In this document: piece by piece, positions 28,086 to 37,400 of the stretch
Layout: every line of letters begins with the position of its first letter
Numbering within the stretch: position 1 is the first letter of the stretch
DNA from: an uncultured Phycisphaeraceae bacterium
GTDB lineage: Bacteria; Planctomycetota; Phycisphaerae; Phycisphaerales; UBA1924
Assembly: GCA_964607595.1 (NCBI GenBank)
Contig: CAZSLT010000001.1
Coordinates: 1-48,758, forward strand
DNA: 48,758 nt
Reading direction: 5' to 3'
Made by a program: the position numbers and the translations under genes
Notes under the pieces: generated by a model
The model's input: only the letters and a program-made list of their open reading frames with translations
Database searches by the model: none
What the model was told of the DNA's origin: nothing

Positions 28086-29819
28086 TCAGTTGCCCGCATC
28101 GGACGCCGGCGCGGGAGCCGGCGCGGGTTCGACGGGCTCGGCCTTGGGCTTGTCGCCGCTCGTGGTTTCCTGCAGCGAACCGAAGTAACGCTTAACGGCT
28201 TCGTGGAATTCTCGCGGCACCTGGTTCGTGCCGATCTCCTGCGACGCCGACTCACTGGCGGCGCGCACGGCCTCGGCGAACTCCGCGAAGGACTCGCCGC
28301 GGACCTGCTCGCCCTGAACGAACTGGCTCCCGAGAATGACATTGTCGTCGGAGGTCGGGCTCTTGGCCTTTTCCTTCTTGGTGTTGAAGGCGGTCTCCTC
28401 TTCGTCGCTGTCACCGGCGCCGCGCCCGCGGCTGTTGTTGGGCTTCGCGCGAGTGTACTTATCGCTCATCTTGTCGCCCTGCCCACCGCCCTCGCACTCG
28501 CCCATGCACTCGCTGAGTTGCGCGAGCTTCTCTTCGAGTTCGGCCTGCTGGAGCGCCGCCATCGCCATCTGCTGCGAGAGCTTGTCGATCTCACCGATCT
28601 CGTCGGCGAGCTGCGCCAACTGATCAAGATTGAGGTCTTCCGGCGATAATCCCCCGGCGGCCCCGGCGCACGCCTGCGCCATGTTCTGGCACATCGACTG
28701 GCACTGCGAAGCGCTCTTGGCGAGTTGCTCGAGCATCTGCTTCTGCTCGGGCGTCAGGTTCTTGGCCTGCTGCAGCGCCTTCTGCAGGGCCTGCGGATTC
28801 TGGGCCAGTTTCTTGTCAAGGCCCAGCTCTTCCAGCTTCTTCTCCAGTTCCTTCTGCTGCTCGGCGAGCTTCTCGAGTTGCTTCGAGAGCTCCGCCAACT
28901 GCTTCTGGAGTTCCTTCTTCTGCTGCTCGGTGAGCTCGCCCGACGCGGCCTTCTCGGCCAGTTCGGACAGTTGCTTCTGAGCGTTGGCGAAGTCGCCCTG
29001 CTGAAGCGACTTCATCATGGCCTCCAGCGGGCCGGGCCCCGGCTGACGGAGTTGCTCCATCAGGTTCTTCATGCCCTCGAGCGTCTGCGACTGCTCGCCA
29101 TTCTGGAGTTGATCGAGCCTGTCCTGCGCCGAGGTGAGCTTGGCCATCGCCTCGCGACGGATGTCCTCCGGCTCGACCGGCTCGGGCGCCGGGGGCTCGG
29201 CGGGCTCGTCGTCGCCGGCGCCGTCCCGCGTGCCCAGCATCGAGTCGATCTTGGCCAGCAGGTCCTCGGCTTCCTTGTTCTGCTCCTGTGCTTCGATCAG
29301 GTCCTGCTGCTTGGCCTGCTGCTCTTCGCGCTCGCTGGCGAACCCGAGCAGATCGCGCTGCGGAACCAGACCCAACGCGAAGAAGACGCCCAGCGCGATC
29401 AGCGGCATGAACCAGCCGCGGGGAGCGCGCACCGGCGCCACATCCCGCATGACGACACGACGCGACACCTCGCTCGCGTGATCGCGGGCCGCGTGGCTCC
29501 ATGCATCGGCGGAGTGCTCGACGCAGATCGCCGTCGAGATGGCTTCCTTCAGGCCCGCACGCTCATCAACCACCCGCGCCACACCCAGCCGGCCGGTGCG
29601 GGTCGCGATCGTCCAGACCGCCGCGCCCAACACACCAGCCCCGCCCGCGATTGACCACGCGAGCGTCCAGTCCACCGAGAGCGCCAGGAACCGCTCGGCC
29701 AGTCGCACGGCCACCACGGTGCACGCGGCCACCAAGAGGCAGACGACCAGCGCGCGGAACAGGCGTTCGAGCATGAGTCGGGCGGTGGCCCGTCGGAGTA
29801 CGCGATCGATCTCGGTCAT
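28086..29819 (-). CDS. Membrane-anchored coiled-coil protein with Cys-motif region (resembles the low-complexity partner proteins of MoxR/DUF58/BatA clusters)
   Basis: N-terminal TM helices (LFRALVVCLLVAACTVVAV; WSIAGGAGVLGAAVWTIA; WFMPLIALGVFFALGLV). A long Gln/Lys/Glu/Leu heptad-like region (QQKKELQKQLAELSKQLEKLAEQQKELEKKLEEL). CxxxC motifs: QCQSMCQNMAQAC and ECMGEC. Confidence 0.6.
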   Translation of the reverse strand: MTEIDRVLRRATARLMLERLFRALVVCLLVAACTVVAVRLAERFLALSVDWTLAWSIAGGAGVLGAAVWTIATRTGRLGVARVVDERAGLKEAISTAICVEHSADAWSHAARDHASEVSRRVVMRDVAPVRAPRGWFMPLIALGVFFALGLVPQRDLLGFASEREEQQAKQQDLIEAQEQNKEAEDLLAKIDSMLGTRDGAGDDEPAEPPAPEPVEPEDIRREAMAKLTSAQDRLDQLQNGEQSQTLEGMKNLMEQLRQPGPGPLEAMMKSLQQGDFANAQKQLSELAEKAASGELTEQQKKELQKQLAELSKQLEKLAEQQKELEKKLEELGLDKKLAQNPQALQKALQQAKNLTPEQKQMLEQLAKSASQCQSMCQNMAQACAGAAGGLSPEDLNLDQLAQLADEIGEIDKLSQQMAMAALQQAELEEKLAQLSECMGECEGGGQGDKMSDKYTRAKPNNSRGRGAGDSDEEETAFNTKKEKAKSPTSDDNVILGSQFVQGEQVRGESFAEFAEAVRAASESASQEIGTNQVPREFHEAVKRYFGSLQETTSGDKPKAEPVEPAPAPAPASDAGN

Positions 29820-29969
29820 GGACGACTCCCGGCGAGGATCGAGGTCGGCAGGAGCCCAACGGACCCCTCTATCTAAGAATATCGCCGCCGGGCCCCCCGA
29901 GTTTCCATGAACCGCCCGGAGACGCCCAAAAAGATGCCCGACCGAGCGGAAGTGCCGGCCTTGTGCGCA

Positions 29970-32900
29970 CTAATCGAGCTTTGGAGGGGAGTCCTCCAAG
30001 GCCGGCAGGGCCAAGAGGCGGGTCAGCGGCTCCGACTCCCGCAGGTGAAGGTCCAGTTGCGGGAAGGCGATCTCGATGTTCTCCCGTCGGAACCCCGCCT
30101 CGATGGCGTACAGAAGGGCGGTCCGTGCGGAAATAATCTGATCAACACCGGAGACGAATACCCGCGCTTCCCAGTCCAGCGTGCTGTTGCCGAAGCCACG
30201 GAACATCACGATGGGAGCGGGATCCTGCAACACGCCCGGGACCACTCCGCACGCCTCTTTCAAGACCCGTTCGACGGTACTCAGATCAGACCCATACGCG
30301 ACCCCGACCGGCACGGAGACGCGCTGCACCGAGTCCGAGAGCGTCCAGTTCGTAACCGGGTCCGTGATCAACTGCTTGTTCGGGATGATGAGTTCCTTGC
30401 GGTCCCAGCCAAGGATCGTCGTGGCGCGCATCCGAATCTTGGTGACCGTGCCCTCCATGCTCCCCACCGTGACCATGTCGCCGACGCGCACCGGGCGCTC
30501 GGCCAGGATGATCAGCCCGGACACAAAGTTGGCGAAGATCTCCTGGAGTCCGAACGCCAGACCGAAGGTCAGCGCCGCGGCGAGCCACTGGACGCTCGTC
30601 CATGAAATCCCGATGGCGCCCATCGTGGCCGTGAGCCCGATGAGCGCCAGCGCGTACCGGAATACCGAGACTAACGCGTAGCGGGAAGCGCCGTCCAGCG
30701 GGAGGTGCTGGAGCAGAATCAACTCGACGACAGCCGGCAGGTTGCGCACCGCCAGCACCGCGATCACTCCGATGAAGATCGCCAACCCCAGATCGGCGAG
30801 CGTCAGCCGGAGTTGGCTCGGGTCGGCGTCGCCGGTCCCCCGCGTCACGGAGTTGGTGAGCGCTCCGATCGGCCCGGGCGGGCTCTGGACTCTGGAAGGG
30901 TCCTCGGCCGTGCTCGTCGGTGCGTCCGCGGCCTCTGCCGTTGTCAAAGGGAGCGCGGGCGGGGTCTGATCCTCCGCCACCACGCGCTGGACTGCGAGTG
31001 TGGGCCAGAGCTGAACGCGGTCGAGCATCCGCAGCGCCGGCAGAACATCCGTCCAGATGATCATCATCCCGATAAGGAACGCCAGCCCGATCCCCGTTCC
31101 GACCGCCTGACGCATGCGGGAGTCCAGCGCGGGGATATCGATATCGGCCATGTCGGCCGCGGGAGGGGGCGGCGGTGCGGAGGACGCGGTCGACGCCGAG
31201 GGATCGCCCGGCGGCTTCTCGGCCTCGGCCGCGGCTCGTAGTTGCTCCCGCCTGCGACGGGCGCTCTCGATCGCCAGGCGTCGGCGGACGATAAAGAGCC
31301 AGCGCGCCATGAGCGACGCGAGAAGCACCAAGGCGCCGATGAGCCACAGCGTCTGGAAGAGCAGGTCCTGCAGGCGCAGCGCGGTGTAGTAGTACCGAGC
31401 TAGCGTCAGCGCGATGAGGAAGATCGGTAAGACGACCGCCAGCGGGTACCAGAGCGCCCTCAGCCGCCAGATCCATCGCTCACGCCGCTCGGCGAGCACG
31501 GGGCGCAGGACCGCTCCGTTCGGTTGCAGGATTCGTGCAAGGAAGACGGTCATGGCGAGCATCGCGCCGATGAAACAGATGCGGCCCAGCGAGTCGTTGT
31601 ACGCATCGCTGTACGACTGGTGGTCCATCGCGATGACAACGCCCCAGAGCGCGACGATCGTCGGAACAAACCACCGCAGATGACGCCGAAGCGTCCTCAC
31701 GCCCTCGGTATGCCACGAGAAATGGGCGTTGCCGAGACCATCCGTGCGTAACAGCGATCGGGTGAGGATGAGCGCCAGAAGAGTCACGCCCGCGGCGCGT
31801 AACCCCGCGCTCGCCGCGAGCGCTTGCTCCGTCGGCTCAACGGGCAATTTCAGGAACCACGCGATGCTCCAGAGAAGCGCCGGCAGCGGCATCGACATCG
31901 CCACCGTGATGAGCAGCGCCAAGATCGTCAGCGAGAACCGGTCCGTGCGGAACGAGGCAATTCTCGACGCGGTCCGCTTCAGCAGCCGAGGTGCGGCGAA
32001 ACGGAACCAAACGAGCGCGAGCAATAGGCAGGAAACCCCTGCGAGTTTCGCCGGAGACGCCACGGCGCGGCTCCATGCCGCCCCGATGGACCTCTCCCAC
32101 TCACCACCGACGGTCAGCCATCGCGCGGCGTCGGCAGCGGCCCGCGGGTCGGGGATCGCCGGCCCGTCAACGCTGCGCACCCACAGAATGCGCGATTCGA
32201 TATAGGCATTCGCCTGACGCATCTCGAGCGCCAAGACCCGGTACGCCCGCTGCAGCCTTCCTAACGCCTCGCTGTGCTGATCGAGCTGAGACTTGAGTTT
32301 GCCGAGGTAGTCCCTTCGCGCCGCGATCAGGTCGCGCGCCACCGCGGCAAGCGCCTCCTGGTTCTCGACCGGCGTCGGATCCACCTCGACCCGCTGAAGC
32401 AAGTCGCGCAGCGCCTCGGCGTCGTCGCCGACGGCATCCCGCTCCTCATCGATCTCCAGGATCCGATACTCGGCGTCCCGTTGCCGCTCGCCGACTTCTT
32501 CCGTCGCCCGTTCCGCGGCGGCCGCGTCTCCCATCGATGCGTAGTGCCGTCGCAGCAGCAGCCCCGTCGCGTCCGAAAGCCGCGATGAGTTATCGACCCG
32601 TTCCCGCAGCCGCGTCATGGTCTGGCGGAGATCCTCCGCCCGCTTCTCGACGCCGTCGGCCTGCCGCGCCGGGCTCGGCTGCCCGGTCGGGCCCTGGAGT
32701 TCGGTCAACTCCTTCGCGAACGCGGCATTCTGATCGGCGAACGCCCGGAGCACCGGGTGCTGACGCGCCGCTTCGCGGCGCAGGCGCTCGGCCTCGCGCG
32801 CCGCCGCCTCGGCCTCGGCCTGACGCCGGGCGGTCACGATCTGATCCCACGCCGCCGCGACCTTCTGTGTCTCCGTCACGCGCCGCTGCGCCAGGTCCCG

Positions 32901-33671
32901 CCGCGCCGGCAGGAGAGCGCGCCGCGCGTCGTAACTGGAGCGTTCCTGCTCGAGCGCCGCGATCGAAGCCTCCAGGTGGAGGCGCTGCGCGTATTGCAAC
33001 ACCCGCTGCGATCGGGCCGGCTCTTCCGAAGGCAACGCGCCGTTGATGCCCGCCGCACCGGACGCCGCGGAGATCGTCGCGGCCAGTTCCGAGAGCATCT
33101 GCCGCAGCCGCGCGAGCTCACCGGGAATCGCCGACATCACTTCGTCGCGCTTCGTCGCCTCGGCCGCGAGTTCGGTGACTTGCCCGCGTGCCGCCTCGAC
33201 CTCGGCCCGTGCCGCGGACGCCAGCTGCTCGATCTGTCCGAGTGTGGCGTCGGGCGGGGGCGCGACGACGGGATCGGCGGGCGGCTGTTGCAACTCGGCG
33301 CGGATGGCCTCAAGCCGCGCCGGCGCCTCTCGGGCGCTGCGTTCCAACTCCGCGACCTTGGAGCGCAGCTCCGACACAAGGGAGAGCAGACGCTGGGCCT
33401 CGCGGTAGTTCTTGACCTCGGTCCGCTGTTCATCGGGCGGGGTGTCTCCGCTTGCCAGCGCGGCCAGGCCGCCATCAATCCACGCGGCGATCGCCTCGAC
33501 GCTCGGTCCGGCGGGTGGCGAGGTCGGGGTCGGTGTCGGCGTCGGCGTTGCCGGGGCCGCGCCGGGCTCCAGCGCGGGCTGGGCGCGGACGCTCACCGGG
33601 GCCAGGAGCACGAGTGCGCCCAGCAGGATGAACCGGAGGTGCCGGGGCAGGATGGGCCCGTATCGTCTCAT
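29970..33671 (-). CDS. Large mechanosensitive channel, MscK/KefA-like (MscS superfamily)
   Basis: Signal peptide MRRYGPILPRHLRFILLGALVLLAPVSVRA. About 450 aa of periplasmic coiled coil, then multiple TM helices. C-terminal MscS core: FGLQEIFANFVSGLIILAERPVRVGDMVTVGSMEGTVTKIRMRATTI...LIIPNKQL. ATG 33671 was chosen; the ORF-track N-terminus would run across the tRNA gene. Confidence 0.85.
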   Translation of the reverse strand: MRRYGPILPRHLRFILLGALVLLAPVSVRAQPALEPGAAPATPTPTPTPTSPPAGPSVEAIAAWIDGGLAALASGDTPPDEQRTEVKNYREAQRLLSLVSELRSKVAELERSAREAPARLEAIRAELQQPPADPVVAPPPDATLGQIEQLASAARAEVEAARGQVTELAAEATKRDEVMSAIPGELARLRQMLSELAATISAASGAAGINGALPSEEPARSQRVLQYAQRLHLEASIAALEQERSSYDARRALLPARRDLAQRRVTETQKVAAAWDQIVTARRQAEAEAAAREAERLRREAARQHPVLRAFADQNAAFAKELTELQGPTGQPSPARQADGVEKRAEDLRQTMTRLRERVDNSSRLSDATGLLLRRHYASMGDAAAAERATEEVGERQRDAEYRILEIDEERDAVGDDAEALRDLLQRVEVDPTPVENQEALAAVARDLIAARRDYLGKLKSQLDQHSEALGRLQRAYRVLALEMRQANAYIESRILWVRSVDGPAIPDPRAAADAARWLTVGGEWERSIGAAWSRAVASPAKLAGVSCLLLALVWFRFAAPRLLKRTASRIASFRTDRFSLTILALLITVAMSMPLPALLWSIAWFLKLPVEPTEQALAASAGLRAAGVTLLALILTRSLLRTDGLGNAHFSWHTEGVRTLRRHLRWFVPTIVALWGVVIAMDHQSYSDAYNDSLGRICFIGAMLAMTVFLARILQPNGAVLRPVLAERRERWIWRLRALWYPLAVVLPIFLIALTLARYYYTALRLQDLLFQTLWLIGALVLLASLMARWLFIVRRRLAIESARRRREQLRAAAEAEKPPGDPSASTASSAPPPPPAADMADIDIPALDSRMRQAVGTGIGLAFLIGMMIIWTDVLPALRMLDRVQLWPTLAVQRVVAEDQTPPALPLTTAEAADAPTSTAEDPSRVQSPPGPIGALTNSVTRGTGDADPSQLRLTLADLGLAIFIGVIAVLAVRNLPAVVELILLQHLPLDGASRYALVSVFRYALALIGLTATMGAIGISWTSVQWLAAALTFGLAFGLQEIFANFVSGLIILAERPVRVGDMVTVGSMEGTVTKIRMRATTILGWDRKELIIPNKQLITDPVTNWTLSDSVQRVSVPVGVAYGSDLSTVERVLKEACGVVPGVLQDPAPIVMFRGFGNSTLDWEARVFVSGVDQIISARTALLYAIEAGFRRENIEIAFPQLDLHLRESEPLTRLLALPALEDSPPKLD

Positions 33672-33700
33672 CGGTCGTGATACACTAACCGACGAGTTCC

Positions 33701-33772
33701 GCGGGCGTAACTCAATGGTAGAGTGCCAGCCTTCCAAGCTGGATGTTGCGAGTTCGACTCTCGTCGCCCGCT
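33701..33772 (+). tRNA. tRNA-Gly (anticodon UCC)
   Basis: Cloverleaf read by eye. Acceptor GCGGGCG/CGCCCGC, D-arm ACTC-AATGGTA-GAGT, anticodon arm CCAGC-CTTCCAA-GCTGG (TCC), variable ATGTT, T-arm GCGAG-TTCGACT-CTCGT, discriminator T. CCA is not encoded. Confidence 0.9.
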
Positions 33773-33805
33773 TTGACGCACACAACAACGCGCCCGATCC
33801 GGCGA

Positions 33806-34318
33806 CTATCGAGCCGGCGGCGGTGATTGACCCACAGAAGCGCCCTGCTGATCCGCGGCCGCGGCGATCATCTGATTGCTCACCAGCCGCAGCACGATGC
33901 GCCAATCTTCAAGACTCCGCCGGTCCGCCGACGGCCCGAGCACTTCTCCCATCGCCTCGATCAGCAGGTCGATGACCATATCGTAATGCTCCGGCTTGGC
34001 GCCGTAGCCCGCGTGGCGTTTTCCGAGCGCCGCGAGCATCGCCGCGTTCTCCGCCGGATGCTCCAGGTTACGAACGACAGCGTCGAGCGAAGCGATGAGC
34101 TTCTCGGACTGCGACTTCAGGTCGCTCCGGAAGAGCGGGCGCAGGTGCGGCGCGGCCGCGAATAACTTGGCATAGAAGCGCTCGGCCAGAAGGAGCCCAT
34201 GTTCTTGGACCGCGCGAAAGCTCTCACGAAGTCGAATGATCAACGCGTGATCCAGCGGGACACTCGCCAAGGCGTCCTGCTTCTTTGATACGGCGATCGG
34301 GTGTCTATGCACTGGCAT
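33806..34318 (-). CDS. Single-domain globin (bacterial haemoglobin-like)
   Basis: FYAKLFAAAPHLRPLF (B/C-helix pattern) and LGKRHAGYGAKPEHYDMVIDLLIEAM (candidate proximal His in RHAGYG followed by the conserved PEHY). ATG 34318 has GAGGA 5-6 nt upstream. Confidence 0.7.
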   Translation of the reverse strand: MPVHRHPIAVSKKQDALASVPLDHALIIRLRESFRAVQEHGLLLAERFYAKLFAAAPHLRPLFRSDLKSQSEKLIASLDAVVRNLEHPAENAAMLAALGKRHAGYGAKPEHYDMVIDLLIEAMGEVLGPSADRRSLEDWRIVLRLVSNQMIAAAADQQGASVGQSPPPAR

Positions 34319-34414
34319 CGGAATCCTCACGGAAGGGTCGCCCCAACAGGACGCGGATTTCTTGCCAGAACCACGCCAAAGGCGGCGTGGGTGAGGCCTC
34401 AAGGCCGCTCGGTG

Positions 34415-37400
34415 TCATCGCGGCTCCTCGGCCGGGGCCAGTGTTGAAAGGATGACCTTGCGGGCCCAGTGGTCGAGCATCGGATTGATCCCCGTCTCAT
34501 TCAATACGCCTGCCAGCCCTTCGGGATCGCCCGCGACATGGTCTAGGATCGGCTGCAGGCGCCTCTTGGCCTCGTCCATCTCATTCCTAGATCGCATGCG
34601 TGCCGCGTCCGCGGCCTCCCGTGTCGCCGAGTCGAAAAGGCGAACCGTGCCGTCGTACGAGGCGGAGGCGATCCATCGACCATCCGGGCTGAACGCAACG
34701 CCTCGGATGGCGGACTCATGCGCGCGGAACGACGCGATCAGGTCGCGCGTCGCGACATCAAACAGCAAGATCTCTCCGAACCAGGAGCCCGCGACGAGTC
34801 GGGTCGCGTCGGCATTCATGGTCAGGCAGGTCACATACTGTCCATGGCCGGCCAGCGTCGCCACGGGTTCACCGGAGTCGACATCCCAGACGCGGATGGT
34901 CTGGTCGCGCGAACCCGAATAGAGTCGGCGGCCGTCCGGGTGAAACAACACGGCGAATACATCGGAGGCGTGGCCGAGCAATCGCGACACTTCCGTGCCC
35001 GAGGCCGCGTCCCAAAGCCGGACAGTTCCATCGCGCGACGCCGAGGCCACGAGCGCTCCATCAGGGCTGAATCGCAGTGAGTTCACGCGTGCCGTGTGAC
35101 CCTTGAGCACGGTCGGCCCATCCTTCGAGTCCAAGGCCCATACACCGATGGCGCCGTTCTCACCCCCGGCCGCGATGCGCCCGCCCGCCGGGTCGAACGC
35201 GACCGAGGCCACGCTGGTGCCGAGGCCTTCCAGCCGAGTCGTGACAACGCCGGTCATCGCATCCAGAACCCGAACGCTCCGGTCGTTCCAGGCGGACGCG
35301 ATCCACCGCCCATCCGGCGAGTACGCTAGCGCCCGCGACTGGCCGCCGCCGGGCGCGATGCGTGCGATGGGGACGCCGAGGTCAGGATCCCACACACGCA
35401 CCGCTCCGTCACGCGATGTCGAAGCGAGCACGGCGCCGTCGGGTGAGAAGACGACGCCCATGACATGATCGGTGTGACCGTGAAGCGTCGTTGTTCCCGA
35501 GGGGGCCGCGGCTTCGGCCGTCCGCCAGGTGCGAAGCGTTCGATCCCAGGACACGGAAGCCAAGACCGCGTCGTCCGGGCTGAACGCCAGCCCAGCGACA
35601 CCGTCCGTGTGCCCGCCGAACTCTCCGACAACCCCGCCGTCCTCGGTCGAGCAGATCACGATCCCGCGATGGATCAGCCCGGCGACGATCAGCGAACCGT
35701 CGTTCGAGATCGCAAGCGATCGAATCGTGTTCACACCCTGCGTCGCCTCGAACTCGTGGATCAGCGCGCCGTCCGACAGTCTCCAGAGCAACATGCGACT
35801 ATTGGCGCCCGCGGCCGCCATCCGCGTCGCGTCGTTCGTGAAACGAACCTGCCTTACGGTCCCCGGGAACTCGAACCGAGAGACGACCGCCAGATCCTCG
35901 GCCCGCCGCACCCATACATGACCCACGTCGTTGTAGGTCGCAAGTAGACTCCCATCGGGTGAGAGGTCGATCCCGCGGATCCCACCGGGCTGGTCGTCGG
36001 GGAATCTCGTCTCGGTCCGCGGCTCGAGCGTCCAAATCCTCGCGTCGCCATTGCCTGTCGCAGCTGCGATCCGGCCGTCGTTGAGCGCGACGACGCGCCG
36101 AACGCCCGCCGACATCTTGGCGATCACCTCGATCTCGCGCAGGTCATTCCCGTTGAGGAGCCGGACCGTGCCACGCGCATCTCCGGTGATGATCTGCCTC
36201 CCAGTTCGCGAAAACACGACCGTTTGGACCTGGACTCCTTCTTCGCCGGCGTGCGTCGCGATCAGCGATTGGTCCGCGGCGTTCCAGAGCCGCGTCGAGC
36301 CGTCGCGGCAGGCCGTCGCCAGGCGCGTCCAAGCGGCGTCGGACGCGAAGTCCATGATCATGTCGTCGTGCGCGACGATCGCCGACTCGCTCCGGTCGGC
36401 GAGCCGTGAGAGGAAGCCCCACTCCCAGTGCCGCTCGTGCGTCGCCGACGCCGCGAGCCGCGCGCGTAGCTGCTCAAACTCTCCGGTCTTCATCGCCGAA
36501 AGCGCGCCGGCGATCTGCGCCGTGTAGGCCTGCCAACGGGCCAGATCGCGCTCGCTGGTGATCTGCTCCTGCGCCTCCCGTCTGGCGCGGACCTCGGTGC
36601 CCAGACGGAACGCGAAACCCGTGCTGATCGCGGCCAGCAGCGCAATGCTCGTGATGACGGTGAGGACGGCCGCGACAAGCGCCGGATTCCGACGCGCAAA
36701 CATCCGGAGCTGATCGACGAGCCCCGGCGGTCGCGCCTCGATGGGCATGTGTTCGAGCCAGCGGCGCAGGTCGGTCGCCAGGGCCGCGGCGCTCTCGTAT
36801 CGGCGCTCCGGCCGTTTGTCGAGGCACTTGAGAATGATTGCTTCGAGGTCGGCATCGTGCTTCCCTCCCAGGAACTCCGGGCGCCTGGGCGGATCGTGAA
36901 TGATCGAGTGGATCGCCGCGGGGATGGGCGACGAGTTCAGATCGTGCGGCAGCCGACCGCAGGCGAGCTCGTAGAGCATGACGCCGAGCGAGTAGATATC
37001 GGCGCGGATGTCGATGTCCGCCGGCGCGCCGCACTGCTCCGGGCTCATATAGTTCAGCGTGCCGACGATGCGCCTCGCGTCCGAGTTGGCCGTGATCGAC
37101 TCGGCCCCGGCCTCGGTGGTGCGTGCCACGCCGAAGTCGATGACCTTGGCGCGACCCTCGCCGTCGACGAGGATGTTCGCCGGTTTGAGGTCGCGGTGAA
37201 TGACCCCGTGCTGGTGGCCGTAATGAACGGCGTCGCACACGCTGGCGAGCATGCTCAATCGCTCGCGGAGCGAGAGCCGGTGCTGTTCTGCGAATTGCGT
37301 GATGGTGACCGCGTCGGGGATAAGCTCCATCGCGAAGAACGGCGCCGGAGACGGCTGGCCGAGCTGGGCCGCGCCCGCCTCGTAGACCTGCGCGATGCCG

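Noticed and set aside
28600-29100. Short near-repeats (cttctgctgctcgg..., gagttccttct...) that might be mistaken for a repeat array or CRISPR.
   Set aside because: They are in-frame reflections of the QQKELEKKLEEL-type coiled coil, irregularly spaced and without unique spacers. This is not a CRISPR array or a mobile repeat.
29820-29969. Promoter or terminator elements between the mscK-like stop and the start of the 13-gene string (a T5 run, GGGCATCTTTTTGGGC, on the minus strand; TAGATA and GGAAAC hexamers).
   Set aside because: I could not pair the T-run with a convincing stem. The hexamers do not sit at a consistent -35/-10 spacing, so the evidence is too weak to annotate.
33523-33549. Hexanucleotide periodicity (GTCGGN x4) that could be a slippage-prone microsatellite.
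   Set aside because: It simply encodes the (Thr-Pro)n linker ATPTPTPTPTS after the channel's signal peptide. It has only four imperfect units and there is no evidence of phase variation.
33412-33975. A 187-aa plus-strand ORF spanning the tRNA-Gly gene, and the N-terminal 78 codons of ORF 29970..33905 crossing it on the other strand.
   Set aside because: The region folds into a perfect tRNA cloverleaf. The channel protein has an obvious signal peptide starting at Met 33671, so neither reading across the tRNA gene is credible.
33701-34400. tRNA-Gly as a possible integration hotspot or genomic-island boundary.
   Set aside because: There is no integrase, recombinase or phage gene nearby. By eye I did not spot a second copy of the tRNA 3' half that could serve as an att site. 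The neighbouring genes look chromosomal.
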